The notes under the pieces were generated by a model, which was not told the origin of the DNA, did not search any database, and saw only the letters and a program-made list of their open reading frames with translations. Both the position numbers and the translations under genes were made by a program. Positions 50,432-61,300 of a DNA stretch of 64,000 nucleotides are shown piece after piece; positions within the stretch are counted from its first letter, which is position 1, and every line of letters starts with the position of its first letter. Location: positions 1 through 64,000 of IMG/VR virus record IMGVR_UViG_3300024999_000038. One strand, written 5' to 3'. The stretch comes from a virus.

Positions 50432-50869
50432 ATGTTAGAATTAAAGTATGGTGCAATTGTCAAGCATAATGACCAATTAGGGGAATTAGTCACAGAAGAT
50501 GGTAAATTTTATTTTCATCCTGTCAAGTATGGCAATTATTATTGCTCAGACCTAACTGAAGCAACTGAAGAAAATATTCAAGAAACTTCCCACGATGAAA
50601 AGATTGAATATCTCAAACAAGAGTTCCCATGGGGAGAAATTATCAAAGTTCATAACATTGGTGAATATGTTATTTTTGAGTATATTAATGGATATGACCT
50701 TAGAAACGAAGAAAAAACAACTATTATGTTCCATACTTATATGGATTACAAGAATATTGCTAGGTCATATCATTCTCTAGATTCTTGCTTAATCGGCACA
50801 TTAGCGCACAAATATGATGGAGCCAATAGTCAGGCAGCTACATTTTTTAGGCGTATGGTTAAAATGTAA
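50432..50869 (+). CDS. Hypothetical protein
   Basis: AGGAGG RBS. Confidence 0.7.
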   Translation: MLELKYGAIVKHNDQLGELVTEDGKFYFHPVKYGNYYCSDLTEATEENIQETSHDEKIEYLKQEFPWGEIIKVHNIGEYVIFEYINGYDLRNEEKTTIMFHTYMDYKNIARSYHSLDSCLIGTLAHKYDGANSQAATFFRRMVKM

Positions 50870-51194
50870 ATCCCACGAAATACGAATTTCGAAGTATTTT
50901 AAATTAGAAAGGAGTTTTAAAAATGTTTGAATGGATTGTAGAAAATACTAGAACTGTAGAGGGGATTATAAACTTATCAAAACAAGATTTATATTATGCT
51001 TGGAAATATCTTGAAGAGGACAGAATTGAAATGTCAAGCGAAGTTGTTAGTGAATTAGCTACTCAAATGTGTTTTAATTATTAGGGCAGTCAGTGCCCTT
51101 TAAAACCTCCAAATCTGTATAATAATCATAACAGCACACTTACATAGGTTGGAGCGTTTAAAGGATATTGAAATCCTAAATAAAATTAAGGGAG

Positions 51195-51542
51195 TTGTAT
51201 TTAATGGAATTTGATATTAAAAAATCTTATTGGTGTGAAACTGGAAAATTTCAAGAGGAGATAGATAAACTTAATGATTTAATGCCGGACTATGGATATA
51301 CAACTAACGATTATATGAATTTATTTGTTGCAATTTCAAAAGTTTATTATCGTAAATATAACGATGGTGATTCAATTTTTGAATTTGAAAGGATAGTGGA
51401 AAAATATATTGAACCTTTTACAGAGCAAATTAACTTCAATTCTAATAAGGATTATGAAGGGCATGATCTTGAAAATTTAGTTGATAGGGTAGTCGAATTT
51501 ATCAAGGATAAAGATTTAAGGTATGAAAGCATTGAATCTTAG
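51195..51542 (+). CDS. Hypothetical protein
   Basis: YW..G..Q..P..G..YY..YNDG motif. Confidence 0.65.
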   Translation: MYLMEFDIKKSYWCETGKFQEEIDKLNDLMPDYGYTTNDYMNLFVAISKVYYRKYNDGDSIFEFERIVEKYIEPFTEQINFNSNKDYEGHDLENLVDRVVEFIKDKDLRYESIES

Positions 51543-51823
51543 GGCAATCAAAGCCCTTCTAAACCCTTCTGAACTCTCATATCAGCCATAACAGCCAACA
51601 CATTATAACACCACGACTATGAGCGTTCAGGAAAGTATTAAAACCTTAAAATAAATAAAGGAGGAACGCATCAATGAGCAAATTAAAATTACTCCAAGAA
51701 TTCAAAGTAATCTGTGATACTCATCAAATTCCATTCACTTTTGAAAACTTCGAAAAGCTTATCGCTCATATTTCTAAATAATCTTACATATGCTATATTA
51801 AAAAATAAATCCAAAAATAAATT

Positions 51824-52120
51824 ATGAAAGAAGGAATTCCAATGCAAAAGTTTGAGAACTCTCAAAACTTAACCCTGAATGCTTCAATTCTTAATTCCTT
51901 ATATCTAGGTAAAAAATTAGTGTATAGATTCTTCAAAGGAGAAATTATAAATATTGCTTATTATTCAGACCTTGAACCTGTTCCATATGCTGAAGTGAGA
52001 CTAACACTATGGAATAACCGGACAGTCACTAAGATTATGAAGTTATCTGATGTGGTTATTGTTGCTTCCAGTAAAGTTAAGAAGGAAAAGAAATCAAAGA
52101 AATCCAAGGTAGCAGCATAA
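51824..52120 (+). CDS. Hypothetical basic protein
   Basis: RBS; Lys-rich tail. Confidence 0.6.
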   Translation: MKEGIPMQKFENSQNLTLNASILNSLYLGKKLVYRFFKGEIINIAYYSDLEPVPYAEVRLTLWNNRTVTKIMKLSDVVIVASSKVKKEKKSKKSKVAA

Positions 52121-52276
52121 TTTGTGTAATTTAATAGGCATTGCATAAAGCGTAAAATAATTATAACAATTGTCATTCATACGCTCGCTCATGCAATGCA
52201 ATTTTAAAATACATTGGTTAGAATGTATTAGTCGTTTTAACTATAACAAAAGCATTAAGGAGGTCGCCCAACTACT

Positions 52277-52537
52277 ATGTCAAACATAAATGTATTAAAA
52301 TCTAATTATGATATCATTCTTAGAGAAGCAAGTCAAAAAGGATTTACTTATACTGGAGATAATTTATTATCCTATATTCAGTGGAAATCAAAAGGATATA
52401 TGATCACAAGAGACCAGAAGGCGTTCATTATGGTTTATCTCTGGAATAAAGGTGAGAACAGAAGGAAAGTATTAACTGGACTCTTTACATCAGAGCAAGT
52501 TAAGAAAACTCGATGCAATCAATTTAGTATGGTATAA
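52277..52537 (+). CDS. Hypothetical protein
   Basis: AAGGAGG RBS. Confidence 0.65.
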   Translation: MSNINVLKSNYDIILREASQKGFTYTGDNLLSYIQWKSKGYMITRDQKAFIMVYLWNKGENRRKVLTGLFTSEQVKKTRCNQFSMV

Positions 52538-52592
52538 TCTTGTAAATGGCATTTATGCTATAACAGTTTGAGTTCTGATATTCAGAGATTAT

Positions 52593-52853
52593 TTGAATAA
52601 ATTACTAGGAGGTTTTAACATGATGCAAGATGAATATAAAAATGATTTTTTCAGTCAAAAGTTTTGTTGGGTATTAGATAGCAGAACATTCTTTCAACAT
52701 CAAAGTGCAAAGGAATATTTGATTAGGATGCAAAAACGATCAGAACAATTTGTTGTAGGTTATTTGGTATTACTGAAAGAAGAATATTATAGACTAAAGG
52801 ATCAGAAAGAGCAGACAAATCAATTAGAGGAATTATTAAAGGATACTATATAA
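52593..52853 (+). CDS. Hypothetical protein
   Basis: RBS before an internal ATG. Confidence 0.6.
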   Translation: MNKLLGGFNMMQDEYKNDFFSQKFCWVLDSRTFFQHQSAKEYLIRMQKRSEQFVVGYLVLLKEEYYRLKDQKEQTNQLEELLKDTI

Positions 52854-53023
52854 GTCCTTTAGCGTTGATATCTACGCCATTTTAGCAATAACAGAACACT
52901 CAAAATGGTTGCAGGTATTTATGCTAAAGTCCTTGTAATGGGCTAATAAATAAGAAAGGAGAAGAAATTTAGGTCTATAAATAACAAAATAAATAAAAAG
53001 AAAGAAGGTATAAATAAAAAAGA

Positions 53024-53926
53024 ATGACAAGAGAAGAACGCAAACAAATAAGTTATAATTTAGTTCATAGAATAAATAATGATGGAGTAGAAGAAAAGTA
53101 TTGTAATAATTGTAAGACATGGAAAATAATGAACCTAGATAACTTTTACAAATGGAAAAGTAGTAAAAATGATGGACTTCATCCACAATGTAAAGAGTGT
53201 GTTAAAAAGAATGCAATAATTAACAAAAGCAATAATAAAGAAAGATATTCTGAATATGATAGACAATATCGCGGAAGAGATAACAATAAAGAAATTATGA
53301 ATGAAAGAAGTAGACAGTGGATGGTAGATAATCGTGAATATGCTAAAAATTATATTAAATTGTGGCAACAATCCGAAGGAGGTAAACAATACTTTAATAC
53401 TTATTGGCATGAAAAAGGAAAACAACATCAACATGATATATCAGAAAAAGAATGGGAAGCATGTAAAAAATATTTTAATTATAAGTGTGCTTATTGTGGA
53501 ATGCCATTAGAATTACATAAAGAGATAGTAGGTCAAGATTTACATAGAGAGCATAAAGACCATAATGGATCAAATGGTCTATCTAATTGTGTTCCTTCCT
53601 GTAGATTATGTAATAGCACAAAACACGATAAATTATTTGATGATTGGTATAATAAATCTAATCAAAATTATACGAAGTCAAGACATAATAAGATAATTAG
53701 ATGGACTACAGAAGGATATAAGGATTATGTAGAAGAAAAACAGCCTTATAGAATTGTTAAAAAGAAAAATGAGAATGATAATAAATTCCATTGGCAATTA
53801 TGGTTAGTAGATGAAAAAAGAAACATGACAAAATGTATTGAAGTTAAAGTTAAAAAGAAAGAAATAATTAAAGATATAGAAGGAGGGATTCTAGATGAAA
53901 TATCAATACATGAAGTAGCAAAATAA
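53024..53926 (+). CDS. HNH endonuclease
   Basis: KYCNNC..CKEC N-terminal finger; CAYCG..HREH..NCVPSCRLCNSTK. Confidence 0.85.
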   Translation: MTREERKQISYNLVHRINNDGVEEKYCNNCKTWKIMNLDNFYKWKSSKNDGLHPQCKECVKKNAIINKSNNKERYSEYDRQYRGRDNNKEIMNERSRQWMVDNREYAKNYIKLWQQSEGGKQYFNTYWHEKGKQHQHDISEKEWEACKKYFNYKCAYCGMPLELHKEIVGQDLHREHKDHNGSNGLSNCVPSCRLCNSTKHDKLFDDWYNKSNQNYTKSRHNKIIRWTTEGYKDYVEEKQPYRIVKKKNENDNKFHWQLWLVDEKRNMTKCIEVKVKKKEIIKDIEGGILDEISIHEVAK

Positions 53927-54024
53927 TATTAATTGTAACACCTAGACTACTCATGTAAACTGTGATAGTCTAGGTATACCTTTTAGGATATTACATTGGA
54001 TGGTAGCGAAAGGAGTGATTATAA

Positions 54025-54318
54025 ATGACAAATCATGATAAGTTTTATAATTGGTTAAAGAAAAATCAAAATCAAAATAAACCTGTAGAGATTTCAGTAC
54101 ATGCTTATGAATTTGGATATTATGCAACATGGAAGAATGGATTTTCTGTTCAAGTTGGAGATGCTATTCGAGACAATGTAACAGGCAATGTAATTAACTT
54201 ATTACTTGATGCTGAAGATTATGACTTAACTTTTGATCCTGATGTAATGAGTGTTATTCCTGAAGGAGATTGTGAAGCAGGTACAGAACATTTTTCAATA
54301 GGTTTTAAATTGATCTAA
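54025..54318 (+). CDS. Hypothetical protein
   Basis: RBS. Confidence 0.65.
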   Translation: MTNHDKFYNWLKKNQNQNKPVEISVHAYEFGYYATWKNGFSVQVGDAIRDNVTGNVINLLLDAEDYDLTFDPDVMSVIPEGDCEAGTEHFSIGFKLI

Positions 54319-54384
54319 ATAATCTGTGCTAACGATTTAATCCCATAGACTACATAACAGAAATAACTTATAACAGCAGGGCAT

Positions 54385-54717
54385 ATGGGTTTGTGGGATT
54401 ATATCATAGCATTGGTTGCTAAATTAAATCTAAAGGAGAGTGAATCAATGAACGGATGGTTATCTCCAGAAGGTAAATTCTACAGCACTTTCAATTTACT
54501 ATCTCATTATAAAAAGGCTGAAGAAATTGCAGATTGGAATGAGATTAGTTTTAATATTATTGATCCTTTGACTAATACTCATCCTTGGTGTGCAGAAAGA
54601 TTATTAGAGGTTTTAGGTTGGTTTAAAATTGGAAGCGATGAAAGGATTATAGATTTAGATGTTGATGCTTTAACAGATAAGCAAATTAAGTTTTTGTTGA
54701 AGCATAAATTAGTGTAA
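54385..54717 (+). CDS. Hypothetical protein (likely start MNGWLSPEG)
   Basis: GWLSPEG.F..H..L..LGW..LT.KQ motif. Confidence 0.65.
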   Translation: MGLWDYIIALVAKLNLKESESMNGWLSPEGKFYSTFNLLSHYKKAEEIADWNEISFNIIDPLTNTHPWCAERLLEVLGWFKIGSDERIIDLDVDALTDKQIKFLLKHKLV

Positions 54718-54801
54718 TTATATATTTGTCAATATTTGTATAACAGCCGACCATATTTATTGCATGGACTTTTTAATAAAAATTATTAGGAGGAATATAT
54801 T

Positions 54802-55023
54802 ATGAAAATACCAAAAGACAATCAATTTACTTATAAAACAAGTGATGGAATGATTAAAGGATATTTCAATATTTATCAAGGAAAAGATGGTAGAATATAT
54901 TTACTTATGGGCGAATCAGTAACTCCTTTATCCATGAAACAAATTCAAGAATTACGCATAGATTGCTATTCTCTTATTGATTTTGATCATGAATTGTATA
55001 TGAAATCTTACTTAGTCAATTAA
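54802..55023 (+). CDS. Hypothetical protein
   Basis: AGGAGG RBS. Confidence 0.65.
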   Translation: MKIPKDNQFTYKTSDGMIKGYFNIYQGKDGRIYLLMGESVTPLSMKQIQELRIDCYSLIDFDHELYMKSYLVN

Positions 55024-55101
55024 AATGTTATTTTTATTTGGTGGAATTTGTATTTAATAAATTAAAGGATGTGATGCAATTTGATTGTAAATATTGATTA
55101 A

Positions 55102-55785
55102 ATGATAATAAATAAAGAAAAGAAGGAGAATATACATATGGTTTTAAAATCAATTAAAAAATCAAGTCGAGTTGACGGAATTATAAATATTCCTAAGAAT
55201 GAAGAAATAATTAACAAAGAAGTATTCGATATAATGTTAAAACAAATGGAAGATGATATGAAAGTTGGTATTAATACAACAACTTTTGAATACGTTTATT
55301 CACTGGTTCAAAATATTAGGTATAATCGTTCAATATTATTAAATTCTCCAACGGTGAGGCATGTTTATAATTTTCTAAAAGTATTATATGAAAATAGTGG
55401 TGATAATAAATATCATTATTTTGCCCAAGATGTATTTCAAGATTATGTTGATCTAAAAAAGATGGAAGTTGACTATCCTGAAAGAAAAATAAAAGAGTAT
55501 ATTATAGAAAATTTTAATGAAATATTTTTTAATTACAAATTCATAAAATCAGAATACCATATTAATAATGAAAACTTTATAGACATTTTAGCTGAAAATA
55601 AATTAACTAAACATAAAGTAATCATTGAAATTAAAAAATCTAAGAATAACCCAAATCCACAACTTATTAGATATGGTAAACATTTTGAAAATCCTGAATT
55701 GGTCGCAATATCAGAAGAACCAATAAAAACTCAATTAGACAATGTACAATATTATTTAGTAGAATATATTATTAAAAAAGAATAA
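55102..55785 (+). CDS. NucS-like PD-(D/E)xK endonuclease domain protein
   Basis: E..I..YI..SEY..FIDILAE..IIEIK..QL.RY. Confidence 0.65.
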   Translation: MIINKEKKENIHMVLKSIKKSSRVDGIINIPKNEEIINKEVFDIMLKQMEDDMKVGINTTTFEYVYSLVQNIRYNRSILLNSPTVRHVYNFLKVLYENSGDNKYHYFAQDVFQDYVDLKKMEVDYPERKIKEYIIENFNEIFFNYKFIKSEYHINNENFIDILAENKLTKHKVIIEIKKSKNNPNPQLIRYGKHFENPELVAISEEPIKTQLDNVQYYLVEYIIKKE

Positions 55786-56181
55786 GCAATCACCAATTAA
55801 TTAAAACCCTAACCACTATAACAATAACAGTGGTTAGGTTGGGCAGTTTCAAAGCATGAAAAATTCCATTGCTCCGACTGTATGGTAAACATATAATAAA
55901 TTTTAGGAGGTTAAAAATTATGAAACACGATTGTTGGACTTGTTTACACTTAATTTGTGACAGAATTGAAGAAACATCTTGTAACAAAGGTAATAATTTA
56001 TTCCCTATTTTCATAGAAAACAAATGTCAAGACTGGAATGAATAGATCAATAATCTAAAAATCCTAAAATACAATACTATTTACAAAAATTAAAAATAAA
56101 TTTGTTGATGGTATTGTATTTTTATACTAATGGATATATAATGTAAGTAAGAAATAAAATATTAGAAAGAAGGAGTACATA

Positions 56182-56415
56182 ATGTTAAAAAGAAAAATTG
56201 GTGATAAAGTATTCATAAATCCATATTCAGATGTTACAGGTGTAATCATAGATTCTAAGGAAGCAAATTCAGAATTTAATCCAAATTGGGATTACAAAGT
56301 TAAGTTTGACAATCCAGTAAGTTATGGTTTCGGGCCAGTAGAATCAGAGTATTTCAACGATGTTGAACTGGATAAACTTTTAAGTAACTGGAATGTGATT
56401 AAAGGAATTAAATAA
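56182..56415 (+). CDS. Hypothetical protein (SH3-like)
   Basis: KIGDKV..GVI..YKVKFD; preceded by a promoter. Confidence 0.65.
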   Translation: MLKRKIGDKVFINPYSDVTGVIIDSKEANSEFNPNWDYKVKFDNPVSYGFGPVESEYFNDVELDKLLSNWNVIKGIK

Positions 56416-56429
56416 AGGAGTGATACATA

Positions 56430-56645
56430 ATGAGCAACGATGAAAAAATCAAGAACAGCATCAAGATTGAATTTGTGGATTATAATGGAGATAAGCATAT
56501 GTTTTATAATGAAGAAGCTCCGTCCAATCAAGTTGAGTTTGTTGGTAAAAGTCTAGCAAAATTCTTTAAATCTATTGGATGGTCAGAAACTGTTATAGAT
56601 GATGCTTTAGAGAGCCTACAATTTGAGTTAAATTGTTTGAAATAA
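56430..56645 (+). CDS. Hypothetical protein
   Basis: RBS. Confidence 0.65.
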   Translation: MSNDEKIKNSIKIEFVDYNGDKHMFYNEEAPSNQVEFVGKSLAKFFKSIGWSETVIDDALESLQFELNCLK

Positions 56646-57130
56646 TCCCAAGAAAGGCAGAATTTATGGTATGTGAAAGGAAGTTTGATTACATGTCAAA
56701 AAATATAAAAGAATATAAAGTTATTAGTGGATATTACGAAGGTAAAACTCTTATTGCTTCTGACGATGCATTATGGCAAAGACATCCTGCATGGCCTTGT
56801 GATCATTGGATTTGTGACGAAGATTCCGATTATACTAAAGAGCATTGTAAATTAATTGAATTTGAAAGGATGAGTAAAATGGAAAATTACACCCCTGAAA
56901 AACATGGGATAGTAACAGCAATTAGACTTTTCTATGAAAATGACAGGCAACCAATGGCGGAATTAGCTTTTTGTTTTGGTGGTACAGATATTATTGAGTG
57001 GACAAATGTTAGTCAAAGAGAAAAATATAGTAAGGGAATTAACGGTTATACATTTTTCTTTGATGAAAGACAGAGAAATGATTTTGAAAGTTTTAAGAAA
57101 ATAACGGAGAATCTATGCAAATATGCCTGA
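56633..57130 (+). CDS. Hypothetical protein
   Basis: Operon context. Confidence 0.6.
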   Translation: MFEIIPRKAEFMVCERKFDYMSKNIKEYKVISGYYEGKTLIASDDALWQRHPAWPCDHWICDEDSDYTKEHCKLIEFERMSKMENYTPEKHGIVTAIRLFYENDRQPMAELAFCFGGTDIIEWTNVSQREKYSKGINGYTFFFDERQRNDFESFKKITENLCKYA

Positions 57131-58244
57131 ATTAATTATGGAGATAAAGGATAAGTTATTATTAAGTTTAATTAAAAAAGAAAGAAAGAAGGAATTTATA
57201 ATGAGTCATTTTACTGTTGCTGTATTTACTGATGGAAACAAAACTGTTGAGGAATTATTAGCTCCATATCAAGAAAATAATATGGGAAATTGCCCAGAAG
57301 AATATATGGAGTTTAATGATGTTACTGAGGAATATCTAAAAGAGTATGAAAATGATGGTAATGAAATGGTTAAAACTCATGAAGGTGAATTATTGTATAA
57401 ATGGGATGATAAATTTAGAAAACCAAAGACTATTGGTACTGGTTTGGATACTCACGAAATCCCTGAAAACAAAGGATATGAAATAGTATATGTAAAACAC
57501 AATGAAAGATATAAAACCTTTGATGAATTTATCCAAGATTATTGTGGTTATGAAAAAGACGAAAAGACAGGTAAATATGGAAATTGGGAAAATCCTAATG
57601 CTAAATGGGATTGGTATCAAGAAGGTGGAAGATGGTCTGGATTGCTAAAGTTAAAATCTAAATTATATTTAACGAGCAATAATACATTCAATACTCTTGG
57701 ATTTAATCAAAATGAATTTTTGAATTTTGTTAATTGGTATAAAAATGATAAAGACAAGTTCGATTCAATTATTAATAAATACAAAGGCGTAGAACAAAAG
57801 ATCATAGATGAAGTAAAAATGTATATAGGTATGATGGAAAGTCCAGTGAAAAAAGTAAATTCTGCAAAAATTAAAGATATTGATTTTTCTTTAGATGCTA
57901 ATGAATATAACAAAGCTATTAGATTTTGGGAATTAATTGTTGAAGGAGATACGCCTAAAAACAAAGAAGAGGAAGATATAGTTGGGTGGTGTTTCTACAA
58001 ACCAGAGTACTATAGTAGTAGATACAAAAATAAAGAACAATATGCACAATTAACTGCCGAATTTGGCACATATGCAGTAATTACTCCAGATGGTATATGG
58101 CATTCAAAAGGTGATATGGGTTGGTTTGGTTTTAGTTCTGAATCTAGTGAAGAAGCAAATAATTGGATCATTAGTTTTAAAGAAAAGTTTATTAATAACT
58201 CTGATCCAGAATGGACTTTAACAGTTGTAGATTGTCATATTTAA
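57123..58244 (+). CDS. Conserved phage protein (likely start MSHFTVAV, 57201)
   Basis: NPNAKWDWY..GGRW and TYAVITPDG.W..G.MGW..VVDCH motifs. Confidence 0.75.
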   Translation: MPELIMEIKDKLLLSLIKKERKKEFIMSHFTVAVFTDGNKTVEELLAPYQENNMGNCPEEYMEFNDVTEEYLKEYENDGNEMVKTHEGELLYKWDDKFRKPKTIGTGLDTHEIPENKGYEIVYVKHNERYKTFDEFIQDYCGYEKDEKTGKYGNWENPNAKWDWYQEGGRWSGLLKLKSKLYLTSNNTFNTLGFNQNEFLNFVNWYKNDKDKFDSIINKYKGVEQKIIDEVKMYIGMMESPVKKVNSAKIKDIDFSLDANEYNKAIRFWELIVEGDTPKNKEEEDIVGWCFYKPEYYSSRYKNKEQYAQLTAEFGTYAVITPDGIWHSKGDMGWFGFSSESSEEANNWIISFKEKFINNSDPEWTLTVVDCHI

Positions 58245-58371
58245 ATAAATGTCCTTGTGTGGTGGACAAATTAAACCTTAAATAGAAGTAAATCCACCAT
58301 ACAAAGACATCATATCCGATAAATTGTAACATTTAATTGAAATTATTATAAATAATAAGGAGTGATTAAAA

Positions 58372-61300
58372 ATGGACACTACAACATGTATCTCCGAAAT
58401 AAGAAACAAAATTGAGAAAGCAAGAATTAATGTGGCACAAGGAATGGATGAATATGAAGCTTTTAATGCGGTTTATGATTATATGTCTTTCTCACAGAAA
58501 TGTGGTCTATTAGAAAAGGAAGCTTTAAATATATTGTGGAGAGAGTTGCAAGAAGCAACAAATATTATTTAAAAATAGAAAGGAGAATTTTAATATGAAT
58601 AATTATTTTGTTGCTCTAGAATTACCTTCTGGTGGCAGTCTTGGATTTAATGTTGAAGCATATGGAGAACACGATGCTTATAGAAAAGTTATTATGTTTT
58701 TACCAGATGATTTAATTCAATTAGGCATAGTTCATCATATAGTGATTCCACAATGTAGGATTGATTGTGATTTTTTAAGAAAGGGAAATGATTAATATGA
58801 GAAGTGCAGAATCTTTAAAATTATTAGAAATTGGTGTTCTTAAAAAGGGATGTAAAGTAAAAATGAATGGTCTTAAAGGTTTTGATACATTTACAGAAAT
58901 TGATGATGCTTTTATTAAGAAAGCAAGACCAGGAGAATTAGAAGATGACTGGGTAGTGGTCGTAATTAATGGGCAAACATATGATTCAGCTTGGATAAGC
59001 GAAGTGGAAGAAACGATTAATATGACATGTAGTGAGTGTAAAAACAACTCAATAACAAATCCTAACCTTAAATTTATAACTTGTCATGATTGTTGTTTTG
59101 GAAAAACGTGTTTTGAATGTGATGAATGCAGAGAATGTGATGGTTATGTTATTAAATTTGAGAAGAAAGAAGGTTAATTAAAATGTATAAAGAAAATGAC
59201 AAAGTTATGATTACATGCAAAGAGATTAGTAGTAAAGATGAACTAGCATATATTGCTTCTAAAACTCCTTTTGGTGCGTATGAAGTAACATTATTAATGG
59301 ATCATGAACCAAGAAAGGCATTCGATCCTGTTAGAATATTTGGAACAGATCAAATTAGTCTTGCTACAGAACAGGAAATTACTGATGCTGTGAGAGAATG
59401 GGAAGAGAAGCATAATTATAAATTAGGAGGTATGATATAATATGAGCATAACCGGATGGGTTAATAAAGAAGATTTAACCTTTAAGGAATACAGCAGTCT
59501 ATGTCCAACATATGGGTTGTTTAAAGGAGTTAATTTTGAAAAGGTCAAATATTACAGGGACGAAGATGGTAAAATTTATGAATTAAGCTATTGCATAGAT
59601 GGTAGTATGAACGAAAGATTAGAAAAATTGAGAATCGAACAAAAGAAAAAAGAAATTATGAAGAGTTTTGGATTATAATAAGATGAAAGGATGATTGATT
59701 ATGAATTACAACAAACTTAAAGATGATATAATTATGGGTAAGGGTTTTAAAATGTTATGTAATGAATGTGGCAATGAAATTATTTTTCAACAAGAGTTAA
59801 CTCCTGAGTGCTATGACGATAAAAATATTCAAGTTTCTTTTAGAAGAAATGATATTAGTTTTGGTTTTATCTGTACTTGTGGCAATTCAGCATATGTGAG
59901 TGATTAGTGGTAATCAATGATCAATGATTATGTAGTTAAATTTGAGTAGAAAGAAGGATAATTATTGTGAATGATTGTTTTACATGTGAATTTGCAAAAA
60001 GAGATATACACAATAGGTTTGAAGATAGATGTTCTGGTTTTAGTAATTGTAGTTATTCTAAATTTGAGGGAAATATTAAACCAACTCTTAAACAATATCT
60101 TGAAGATATTCAAAGAAATATTTCTACATCTAAAATGGATAATACCTATAAGAACGGTTTTAATTTTGCTATTCAACTTATTGATGAGTGGGAAGCAACT
60201 GAATAAAATAACTATTGATCCTTTTAAGACAGAGAATAAAAATAAATTCTCTGTCTTTTTATTATTCTTATTGACTATATATTTATTTGTGATATAATTT
60301 AAATAGTAAAATAAATATTTGGAGGAATACATATGTCAAACGTAAGAAGAATTTATGGAAGATTGAATGATTACATTGGACTACAAAGGTCTATGATTCT
60401 AAAAGAACATAATGGAGAAATGAATATTTCCAAATCCTCTAATGGAGGTTTTCATTTATTCCTTACATCTAACAAAGGTTTTACCTATGGCTTTGATTTA
60501 AATGCGTTTAAACAAGCTACCGCAGATTATGAGCATTTACTAAACAAGAACGAAAATGAAAGAAAAACCTTTGTTGTTGAGGTTGAAAATGAAAGACTTA
60601 GAAAAGAACTTGAACATTGGGGATACTAGGAAACTGGTACTTTAAGGGATAGAAAGGAAATGATTAAAATGAGTTATAAACTATCAAAATATGAAGCAAT
60701 AGAGCAAGTGAAAAGACTTAGAATTGACGGTATATTATCATATATGCCTAATTTATATCCAACTTCTGAAACTCGTATCAAATGGGTAACAGAGTTTATG
60801 CTGTATCTTGAAAATGATTATTCAGGAAATCATAATGGACTTAGAGCTTGTACGGCAGAGTTCAACAGGCATTATTGGATACCAAAATATAAGAGTGATT
60901 GGAGTGAATTATAATGAACACATTTAGAGAATTCTATAATCATTCTGTTGATATGGTAAATTGTATACCAATGTCAAGTTTAAAAGATAAAGAAAAATTC
61001 AGAGATATGATAATGATACACTGTGTTAACTTTGCTAAACATTATGCAAAAGATATTAAATTCAAAAATGAAGCAGATGAGTTTTTGAATTATCAATTGA
61101 AATACAATAGACGTTGAAAGGAGAATACATAATGGATAAGTTCAAAATCATGAAAGAGGCATTAGAAAAAATATCAAATGCATGTGATGTTTTTGATATG
61201 ACAGGCAAAAGTGATTACGACTGTTTTGAAGAATGTATATACATTGCTTCAAAAGCATTGAGTCAAATAAAAGAAGAAAAACATTGCTTGGTTGATTATT

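Noticed and set aside
45106-58303. Integron attC sites (TAAC motif plus hairpins)
   Set aside because: TAAC lies in the loops rather than at the ends, there is no matching GTTRRRY core, and no integrase is present.
32108-60332. Minus-strand ORFs in the right arm (46453, 48560, 52872, 59928 etc.)
   Set aside because: Antisense shadows with no RBS.
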